Positions 28,866 to 36,392 of a DNA stretch of 64,000 nt are shown here, in pieces. The stretch is from a virus. Lineage: Duplodnaviria; Caudoviricetes. The stretch spans positions 9,808-73,807 of the IMG/VR virus record IMGVR_UViG_3300031555_007195. One strand, written 5' to 3'. The notes beneath the pieces are model-generated. The model saw nothing but the letters and a program-made list of their open reading frames with translations. It ran no database searches and was not told the DNA's origin. The translations under genes and the position numbers were made by a program. Position 1 is the stretch's first letter; every line of letters begins with the position of its first letter.

Positions 28866-29259
28866 AATCGATGTCCTCGATTTCTGTACATCCCTTTATG
28901 AGTTGAAGATAAATGTTGGTGTAGCGGTCTTTTTCTGCTCCTTCGCAACAAGACATTCCCTCAAGGAATTCCTTGATTGCTTCTTGTCGGTCATCCCATA
29001 CTTTGGTTTCACCATAGCATGTGATTTTTACCGCATCAAGCTTTCTGCAAGAGTCTTCACCGTAAACAACTCCGAGGGAAGAACCACAATCCCAACTTAC
29101 ATGGATTGTTCCCATATCATCGACAGCTTTAACTGTGCCTCTGCAACCCGGATGAAGTTTTCTATTGTATGGGTCATCCATATGAACAAGTTCAACTCTT
29201 GTTCCTGCAGGAAACCTATCTCTTAAAGCTTGCAGTGTCTCTTTTGAAATGGTAAACAT
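28858..29259 (-). CDS. DUF4314 domain protein with C-terminal extension
   Basis: FPAGTRVELVHMDDPY...GTV..VDDMGTIHVSWDCGSSLGVVYGED. Confidence 0.8.
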   Translation of the reverse strand: MFTISKETLQALRDRFPAGTRVELVHMDDPYNRKLHPGCRGTVKAVDDMGTIHVSWDCGSSLGVVYGEDSCRKLDAVKITCYGETKVWDDRQEAIKEFLEGMSCCEGAEKDRYTNIYLQLIKGCTEIEDIDYE

Positions 29260-29921
29260 TATTCTGCCTCCTTTGTTTTGAATGCTGAATTGCCTTCAAG
29301 ATTTTTAAGAAGAATTTTTCTCAACTCCTTAAACTCTGCTCCAATAAAACCAAGTCTTAAAAGGAAACATCTGAATGCATACTTTTCATTATCAACTTGT
29401 TTTTCAGTAGCGGTTACTCGCTTTTGTGTTCTTGCCATTTCGCAAAGCTTACAAATGAAATGGTCGTATGCCTTTATTTCTTCGGGTGTTTTGCCATTGA
29501 ACCAAGGGAAACAAATCTTGCCGTCTTCTTCAAGGACAGTAAGGTCATCAATGTCAAAAGCTTTCTTTAAAAGCGTAGCCTTTGAGTCGATGATGTTTTT
29601 AAGGTTTGCTAATGCTGTTTCCGTGAAAAGGGTTCTTGGCATTGAAATGCAAAGGCCTATGGTTTCAGGTTCTTTGTATGCCTCCGGCAATCCTTCGGAT
29701 TCAAAGCCGTTATCATAAAGCATTTCAAGAAGTCTTTCGATAACTTCACTATCGGCTCTGTCGTCAAATGAAAGAGCACCGTTTTTGTCAATATGAAAGT
29801 AATCAACTTCATAAGCAAAAGACGGTGCTCCAAGATATTTAACTTCGCTGCCGAGCCATTTGGCAATTGTCAAAACGAGTTCTTTTCGTTTTGCGCCTGG
29901 TACATTGTACTTAACTGTCAT
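29259..29921 (-). CDS. Conserved prophage protein (often annotated virulence-related)
   Basis: RKELV, YLGAPSFAY and NEKYAFRCFLLRLGFIG motifs. Confidence 0.7.
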   Translation of the reverse strand: MTVKYNVPGAKRKELVLTIAKWLGSEVKYLGAPSFAYEVDYFHIDKNGALSFDDRADSEVIERLLEMLYDNGFESEGLPEAYKEPETIGLCISMPRTLFTETALANLKNIIDSKATLLKKAFDIDDLTVLEEDGKICFPWFNGKTPEEIKAYDHFICKLCEMARTQKRVTATEKQVDNEKYAFRCFLLRLGFIGAEFKELRKILLKNLEGNSAFKTKEAE

Positions 29922-29951
29922 ATGTATGACCTCCTTTAATTTGGTAGTCAC

Positions 29952-29980
29952 ATATTACCTCTAAACCTCTGATATATCAA
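29952..29980 (-). promoter_or_regulatory. Promoter TTGATA-N17-TAATAT for the moron cluster
   Basis: Same hexamers and spacing as the two other copies; shares TTTAGAGGTAATATGTG with the 28.6 kb copy. Confidence 0.65.
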
Positions 29981-30011
29981 GCATTTTACTACATAATTAT
30001 GTGTTAAATAA

Positions 30012-32225
30012 TTAGCCTTCGTTTTGTGTAAACCACACAATTCCCGAAAGTACAAAATAAACGCAAGGTAAAGCAACTCCGTTGCCCCACATTTTATATT
30101 CCGCTGAATCGGAATGCGGAGACTTGAGCCATCTTACAATTTGCTTTAGTGTTTTCGGTTTGCCTGATTTTCCTATGACCTTTCGGTAAGTTTCAAAGAT
30201 ATCATACCAACATCGGATATCGTCCATTGTAGGCTCGGCTGTTTCAAGATTTGAACACCACCAATCGGGGAAACCTTGAAGTCTTGCACATTCAATCGGT
30301 GTTAATCTTCTTACTGTATAGCTCGTTTCTATAACTCCATTCTGAAAACCGGGATTTGTCCCATTAACAAGTGTGTTCGATAAATCATATCGAGGTGATT
30401 GACATTCAGCTTTCATTTGTGGATAGAATGATACAGGATGAGCTAAAGCACCGGGGCCTTTTGCCACAATGGTAGGTTGTACTTCTTCATCAATGCAAGG
30501 CATAAACTGTGCGTTCTTACCTTGATTGAAAGCATCCCTTCCAATACCATAGCTTGGCTGTGTAACAATTGCAGCATCTTTATAATCTCTTGAAAGAAGG
30601 GTCGGTGCTTTTTCTTCCGTTACTTGTGCGTAGTATCCTGTGGTCATCGCATATACTGCGTGACGGTCGACGGTGTTAAGAGTAAAACTAACATCTTCGT
30701 TGATGCCGTCGCCTTGGGGTCCATTCTTTTCATCTCTTCCAATCATAGAACCTTGAATACAAACCGCAGGTTCGCCACCATGCGTACAAGCAAGTGTGGG
30801 TGCAAGTTCTTCTGTGACATTACAAGCACTTTTTCCACCACCTTGGTCTACACAAACCACGGCAATCCCACCTTGATTGCAACTGGGGTTTCCGCCGTTT
30901 GCATCAAGTGTTCTTGAAGTATCCGCTTCATAAATTCCGCTGTTCGGATTATCAGATTTCATTGAATTGCTATCTTTTGAGCAAATGCCGAATGCCTGGA
31001 GAACACAATTGAAATGGTTTTTGTCGAGCATCCGCTGATTGCCTCTGGCATTATGCACGGTAAGTGTCGGAGCGGTTTGCTTACCATCCCAACTGCAAGG
31101 TTCAAACAAGGTCTGGTCATTATTACACGAGAGTGTTGCAGATTTATCTTCTTGTATCAAAGCACCTTTTCCGCCACCTTCACAGCCAGAGCGTATTTTT
31201 AATACAAGCGGTACATTGTTTCCGCCAGTGCCCATACGGGAAGTAAGAGTTTGTACCTTACCATCATCGGAAACTTTTATACGGCTGTCGGTAGGATGAT
31301 TTTCCAAAGCCACCGTAGCAGGAACAATACCTGCACGGAGTGTCGGAGCTGTTTCTTCTTCGTATCCGATGCTTCTGCTTTTAGCTGAGTGTTCGGTACA
31401 AAAACCTGCCGATTCCAAAACGCACGGAGGGTGATGTGCTTCGGCACGGAGTGTTGCTGTCATATCTTCAGTAACATCCATGCGGTTACCACCTTGGTCA
31501 TTTAAGCAGATGCTTGTCTCTCCAGAGCAATTCTCAATACTTCCGGCAGTTCTTTGCCACGCACGGAAGCTCTCCGCAGAATACCCTGACAAGCCTTCTG
31601 ACTTAAAAAGTATGTCGAAGGCACCCCGACCTGCAAAATCTGCGACAAGGTAGATTCGTTTTCTTCTTTGGGGGACTCCCCAAAATTGAGCGTCGAGAGT
31701 TCTATAAGCAACGCTCCATCCGTCTCCCATATAGCAGTCGGCATAGGGCCACTTTGCTTTTTCAGGCATAGGCACTTCGGCATTCGGTTCTGTAACACCG
31801 ATGACCGCTTCGAGGACTGCTTTGAAGTCTTCACCTTTGTTTGAAGAGAAGGCTCCGGGGACATTTTCCCATACGATGTATCTTGGGTATTTGCCATTTG
31901 TGGCACACCTCATTTCTTTTATAATTCGGATGGCTTCATAAAACAAAACGGATTGATGTCCGTCAAGTCCGGCTCGTTTCCCGGCAACCGACATATCGGT
32001 GCATGGTGAGCCGAAAGTTATAATGTCTACGGGTTCAATCTTGCCACCATCCATAGCAGAGATATCACCGTAGTGTTTCATAAACGGCATTCGCTTGGTT
32101 GTTACCCTAATAGGAAACGGCTCGATTTCCGATGCCCATACAGGAACAATGCCGGAAAGCAAGCCACCTAAAGGAAACCCACCAGAGCCATCAAACAAGC
32201 TACCGAGGGTTAAATTCTTATTCAT
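30012..32225 (-). CDS. C5-cytosine DNA methyltransferase with very long modular variable region
   Basis: Motifs I (FDGSGG), IV (GSPC), VI (ENV), VIII (PQRRKR), IX (RRLTPIECARLQGFPD), X (GNGV). Confidence 0.92.
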   Translation of the reverse strand: MNKNLTLGSLFDGSGGFPLGGLLSGIVPVWASEIEPFPIRVTTKRMPFMKHYGDISAMDGGKIEPVDIITFGSPCTDMSVAGKRAGLDGHQSVLFYEAIRIIKEMRCATNGKYPRYIVWENVPGAFSSNKGEDFKAVLEAVIGVTEPNAEVPMPEKAKWPYADCYMGDGWSVAYRTLDAQFWGVPQRRKRIYLVADFAGRGAFDILFKSEGLSGYSAESFRAWQRTAGSIENCSGETSICLNDQGGNRMDVTEDMTATLRAEAHHPPCVLESAGFCTEHSAKSRSIGYEEETAPTLRAGIVPATVALENHPTDSRIKVSDDGKVQTLTSRMGTGGNNVPLVLKIRSGCEGGGKGALIQEDKSATLSCNNDQTLFEPCSWDGKQTAPTLTVHNARGNQRMLDKNHFNCVLQAFGICSKDSNSMKSDNPNSGIYEADTSRTLDANGGNPSCNQGGIAVVCVDQGGGKSACNVTEELAPTLACTHGGEPAVCIQGSMIGRDEKNGPQGDGINEDVSFTLNTVDRHAVYAMTTGYYAQVTEEKAPTLLSRDYKDAAIVTQPSYGIGRDAFNQGKNAQFMPCIDEEVQPTIVAKGPGALAHPVSFYPQMKAECQSPRYDLSNTLVNGTNPGFQNGVIETSYTVRRLTPIECARLQGFPDWWCSNLETAEPTMDDIRCWYDIFETYRKVIGKSGKPKTLKQIVRWLKSPHSDSAEYKMWGNGVALPCVYFVLSGIVWFTQNEG
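31502..31897 (-). CDS. Overprinted +1-frame ORF, candidate beta subunit of the C5 methyltransferase
   Basis: GAGGTG 8 nt before ATG 31897; 131 aa; TLSQIL...P..YFLS.KAC.GILRRA..RG..LP segment. Confidence 0.7.
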   Translation of the reverse strand: MANTQDTSYGKMSPEPSLQTKVKTSKQSSKRSSVLQNRMPKCLCLKKQSGPMPTAIWETDGALLIELSTLNFGESPKEENESTLSQILQVGVPSTYFLSQKACQGILRRASVRGKELPEVLRIALERQASA

Positions 32226-33453
32226 TAAAATTCGTGACCTCCTTGTATGTAAAAGTCACACCATCTCTTTCAACCGAAACTCCGTCTGCAGAGCCAACAA
32301 GCTCGATGTATCTGTTTATAATTACATCACAGAATTTTTCATCAAGTTCAATGGTGTAGCAGATGCGGTCGGATTGTTCACAAGCAATAAGGGTTGAACC
32401 GCTACCACCGAATGGGTCAAGCACTACGGAATTTGTCATACTTGAATTCATAATCGGATACGCAAGAAGAGGAATAGGTTTCATCGTAGGATGTTCGCCG
32501 TTTTTCTTTGGTTTATCAAATTCCCAAATTGTAGATTCCTTTCTTCCTGTGTACCATTGATGTTTACCTTTTTTCTTCCAACCGAAGAGGCAAGGTTCGT
32601 GCTGCCATTGATAAGGTGAACGACCAAGAACAATGGATTGCTTTTTCCAAATGCAAGTTCCTGAAAGATAGAAGCCTGCATCATAAAAAGCCTTTCTGAA
32701 ATTAAGACCTTCTGTATCCGCGTGGAATACATAAATTGAAGCATCATCTGCTATCGCAGATTCCGTATTAACGAAAGCATCAAGGAGGAAGCTATAGAAC
32801 TTATCATTATCCATGTTATCGTTCTTGATTTTTCCTGCAGAGCCTTCGTAGTTTACATTATACGGAGGGTCGGTAATGACAAGGTTAGCCTTTACACCTT
32901 TCATCAAAGTTTCAAAAGTATCTGCCTTTGTACTATCACCGCAGATAAGTCTGTGCTTACCAAGTGTCCACATATCACCGCTTTTTGAAAAAGTCGGTTT
33001 TTCAAGTTCGGCATTAACATCAAAGGCATCTTCTTTGATACCTTCCTTGAGTGTATCTTTGAAAAGGTCATCAATTTCAGCGGGGTCAAATCCTGTAAGA
33101 GAAACATCGAAGTCTGCACCTTGCAGATCTGAAATAAGAAGAGCAAGTTTATCTTTGTCCCAATCACCGCTTATTTTATTAAGTGCAACATTGAGAGCTT
33201 TTTCCTTTTCTTCTGTTAGTTCAACAACCACACAATCAACTTCGGTGTGACCCATATCAATTAAGACCTTGAGTCTTTGGTGTCCACCAACAACTCTGCC
33301 TGTTGTCTTATTCCAAATAACGGGTTCTACATATCCGAACTGTTCAATGGAGCGTTTCAGTTTTTCATATTCAAGGTCACCCGGTTTCAAGTCCTTACGA
33401 GGGTTATAGTCCGCAGGAAGAAGGTCTGCTGTGTTTTTCTTTTCAATTAACAT
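32218..33453 (-). CDS. ParB-like N-domain + N6A/N4C DNA methyltransferase
   Basis: YNPRK...GGHQR ParB-like region; DPPY and DPFGGSGST motifs. Confidence 0.9.
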   Translation of the reverse strand: MLIEKKNTADLLPADYNPRKDLKPGDLEYEKLKRSIEQFGYVEPVIWNKTTGRVVGGHQRLKVLIDMGHTEVDCVVVELTEEKEKALNVALNKISGDWDKDKLALLISDLQGADFDVSLTGFDPAEIDDLFKDTLKEGIKEDAFDVNAELEKPTFSKSGDMWTLGKHRLICGDSTKADTFETLMKGVKANLVITDPPYNVNYEGSAGKIKNDNMDNDKFYSFLLDAFVNTESAIADDASIYVFHADTEGLNFRKAFYDAGFYLSGTCIWKKQSIVLGRSPYQWQHEPCLFGWKKKGKHQWYTGRKESTIWEFDKPKKNGEHPTMKPIPLLAYPIMNSSMTNSVVLDPFGGSGSTLIACEQSDRICYTIELDEKFCDVIINRYIELVGSADGVSVERDGVTFTYKEVTNFNE

Positions 33454-34235
33454 ACGAGACCCCACTCGGCAAATGCCTCAAAACCACCAACGGATTTGAT
33501 ATATGTTCTTGCCGTTTCTACGATTTCATCGTAAGGAATCCCATCAACACTTTCATCACCGATTGCACAGCAAAGTTCTACTGTTTTGCCTGTTTCCTGT
33601 GCTTTCAGAAAAGCATAGATGTTAACAGACACATCGGCTTTTGATAAATCTTTACCATGAAGACCTCCGCCTGTTACGCTATCAGCCATGTCACTGCCGA
33701 GTTTTCTGTTTGTGGCCCCGGAGTCAACATCCGTTCCACCTGTCCAGTCACCGATAGGATTGATTTCGGCACCGTCATATCTTTTGCGAAGAACATCTGC
33801 TTTGGCATTGCTTTGGCAAATGATAAGCCTTGCACCATCAATGATGTATTTGCCATCGCAAGGATACTCACTATATATGTCCTTTGCGATTTCAACAAGT
33901 GCTTTCTGTTCTGCTGTCATAGGCACACCTTTAAAGATGCCGTTGTCGCCACAACGAACAATGCCTTCTTGGTTCTTTGCAAGATGTACATCCTGCGGAG
34001 TAATTGCAATGTTGCACATAAGATTTGTACCACTGATTCTGTTGATTGCTTTTGCAACATCGGTTTTGTCAATCGGTGCAGATGTTTCTATAATCGCATG
34101 GCAAACGCCGTGTCCAATTAATACCTCAACCGCAACCTTTGGTTTTTCCTGAACCTGGTATGCAAGGTCTACAATCGCCCCTGCAATTCTGTCTGCCACC
34201 TTGTCCGGGTGACTCGGATTTACTTTTTCAAACAT
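33447..34235 (-). CDS. metK: Short S-adenosylmethionine synthetase (MetK-like)
   Basis: HPDK, GDNG, NPIG..TGG..VDSGATNRK and GGGLHGKDLSKAD motifs; 262 aa. Confidence 0.85.
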   Translation of the reverse strand: MFEKVNPSHPDKVADRIAGAIVDLAYQVQEKPKVAVEVLIGHGVCHAIIETSAPIDKTDVAKAINRISGTNLMCNIAITPQDVHLAKNQEGIVRCGDNGIFKGVPMTAEQKALVEIAKDIYSEYPCDGKYIIDGARLIICQSNAKADVLRKRYDGAEINPIGDWTGGTDVDSGATNRKLGSDMADSVTGGGLHGKDLSKADVSVNIYAFLKAQETGKTVELCCAIGDESVDGIPYDEIVETARTYIKSVGGFEAFAEWGLVC

Positions 34236-34236
34236 A

Positions 34237-34785
34237 TTAAAACCCCTTTCGTTGATGTAGTAGTCGTTCCAAATCATCATTCGGATTAGCACCCGAAAAA
34301 TCTACGGAACAGTTTTCTTTTACAATTTGCATTATGTTGTCCCATTGTCTGCTGGCTTGGTTCATATAGTTGATGCCAATGTTTATGAACGGTGAAGTGA
34401 TTGGTTTTCCCGTTGTCGGATGCTTCGACAAAAAACCGAGTTCGTTTGTCATTTCCTCACACTGCAACCATCTGGCTACACACATGGCATAACGCTCAAT
34501 TGTTTGTGGTGATACGAAACTTGCACAGCCTATCGAATTTAGCCAGTTCCATGTGTCTTCATAAATCTGTTTGGCTTTGAGTTCCGTTCCGTCTCTTTGC
34601 TTTGCTCCAAGCAGTTCGTTTGGTTTTGGCATTTGCATTCCTTCAACTTCAGGTATATCCAACATTGTCAGTTTGCGACCACCGGGGTTGCCGTTTTGTG
34701 CCTTTTCAAGATTTGATTTTGGCTTCCGACCTGCGCCCGGACGCTTACCACCACGTCCACCTGTGTTGTTTGATTTTGTAGCCAC
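34237..34785 (-). CDS. Terminase small subunit, P27 family
   Basis: GGRGGKRPGAGRK, GNPGGR and HPTTGKPITSP motifs. Confidence 0.85.
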   Translation of the reverse strand: MATKSNNTGGRGGKRPGAGRKPKSNLEKAQNGNPGGRKLTMLDIPEVEGMQMPKPNELLGAKQRDGTELKAKQIYEDTWNWLNSIGCASFVSPQTIERYAMCVARWLQCEEMTNELGFLSKHPTTGKPITSPFINIGINYMNQASRQWDNIMQIVKENCSVDFSGANPNDDLERLLHQRKGF

Positions 34786-34844
34786 TTTTTCACCGCCTTT
34801 CTGTTTCGCGCCTATTACCCTTTTGATTTCGCATTTTTTTTACA

Positions 34845-34862
34845 CGAAGGGGGGCGCCCGTT
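34845..34862. other. Candidate cos site
   Basis: GGGGGGCGCCCG block between HNH and terS, the usual cos position in HK97-like phages; inference only. Confidence 0.4.
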
Positions 34863-34941
34863 GTTTATCGCCTCTGCCACAGAGATTGCGATGTCCCTAC
34901 CGGGTAGCGAAAAAAATAATAATTTTCTAAAAAATCATTAT

Positions 34942-35304
34942 TTATGACCGCCTATGCCATCTGTCACCATCACGAGCAGTAATCTCCGAGTGACAAGACT
35001 TACATAAGGACATAAGGTTATCCGCTGCGTGTGTACCACCACGGGAGAGAGGGACTATGTGATGTACTTCCTCTGTTGGAGTTACCTTTCCGTTTTTCAA
35101 ACACATCTCGCAAAGCGGATGCTGAGCTGCGTGTCTGTCACGGATTCGTTTCCAAGCTCTGCCATACCTTCGTTTGGCTTCAGGGTCACGCCCATACTTT
35201 TCATAGCGTTGGTTCTCAAGCCGTTCGTGTTCTTCACAGAACCTTCCGTCTGTCAGTTTGGGACAACCGGGATGAGAACACGGTCGCTTTGGTTTCCTTG
35301 GCAT
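34942..35304 (-). CDS. HNH endonuclease (packaging-associated)
   Basis: CEMC, EVHHIVP...GG.H...NL..LC..CH. Confidence 0.9.
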   Translation of the reverse strand: MPRKPKRPCSHPGCPKLTDGRFCEEHERLENQRYEKYGRDPEAKRRYGRAWKRIRDRHAAQHPLCEMCLKNGKVTPTEEVHHIVPLSRGGTHAADNLMSLCKSCHSEITARDGDRWHRRS

Positions 35305-35328
35305 TCTTTCACCTCACTTTCGTGCATA

Positions 35329-35367
35329 AGAAAAGCCCTCGCAGGATTGCTCTCACGAAGGCTTTCT
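35329..35367 (-). terminator. Hairpin upstream of HNH (early/late boundary)
   Basis: AGAAAAGCC...GGCTTTCT imperfect stem. Confidence 0.45.
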
Positions 35368-35423
35368 GTATTCTCTTTGTCCATTATAATAATACCATAA
35401 GATGTAGGTATCATTCTATGTCT

Positions 35424-35843
35424 TTAGGTATCCGATTTAAGAAAATCATCACAAAAATCAAGAGCTTGGTTATGGAGCTTATATAAGTGGTGTATGGTGT
35501 GATACATATCCACTGCAATCTGCTCCCAAGATTGGAAACACAGATATCGTTTCTCAAGCAGTGTCTGCAACTCGTGATTTGGCACAGATTTTATAACAGT
35601 TGAAATACGCTGTTTAAGATTTACTAAGTCTTGCACATCTCTGCCAAGTTCTTCTTGCAGGTCTACAATCTTGCAAACTGCATCTGCCATAAGAGAGGTG
35701 CTCGGTGAAGGGTTGTGTGGCATCCCGGTTAAAGTCGAGGTGCATTTTGTTGCAAGAGCGTTTAATGAGTCGATTTGTTCGACTTTACTGTTGATTCGCA
35801 TATCAAGGTAGCGAGCTTGTGAAAGGAATTCTTTTGCATTCAT
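35424..35843 (-). CDS. DUF1492 / ArpU-RinA-like late transcription activator
   Basis: MNAKEFLSQA, LLEKRYL..SWEQIA C-terminal HTH; directly upstream of late genes. Confidence 0.75.
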   Translation of the reverse strand: MNAKEFLSQARYLDMRINSKVEQIDSLNALATKCTSTLTGMPHNPSPSTSLMADAVCKIVDLQEELGRDVQDLVNLKQRISTVIKSVPNHELQTLLEKRYLCFQSWEQIAVDMYHTIHHLYKLHNQALDFCDDFLKSDT

Positions 35844-35903
35844 TTCCAATACCTCCGAAAAATTAAGATTTTTCATTGAGGCGTTGTTTCGTTGTAAGTA
35901 TTG

Positions 35904-36182
35904 TTAAGCATTGTGTAAGATGGCTTTTACCTCATCTACGGAGCGGACGACGCAGGCATAGCCACCACAGTTTTTAATTTTCTTTATAGTCGCATCCTGC
36001 AGAGCGGTTGTCTTGCCAATATCGGTTTTTACCTCAAAAGCATAAAACTTGCCGTTGACACAAGCAATAATATCGGGAATCCCGGCTGTGCCGTACATAC
36101 CGCCGTGTTCTTTCCAAGCAAAGCAGTTCGGTACGGTTTTTAAGTATTTCAAAACGGCTTTTACAATATCGTTTTCTTTCAT
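35904..36182 (-). CDS. VRR-NUC nuclease
   Basis: E.DI, GIPDII and FEVK (PD-D/ExK) motifs. Confidence 0.88.
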   Translation of the reverse strand: MKENDIVKAVLKYLKTVPNCFAWKEHGGMYGTAGIPDIIACVNGKFYAFEVKTDIGKTTALQDATIKKIKNCGGYACVVRSVDEVKAILHNA

Positions 36183-36392
36183 CTGTCAATCAAACTCCTT
36201 TATTTAAGAGGTTTCTTACACTATTGACACATAAAAAAGCATTTTCACAGAAATTTATTTTTTGTTTTTTCAATATATGGGAGAGTGAAAAAATACAATA
36301 TATAAATATATAAAAATAGGATTTTTACTGTCAAATGTGTCTGTTAGCATTATGGAGAGTCTCTATTTTATGCAATAAAGACTCATCCAGTC

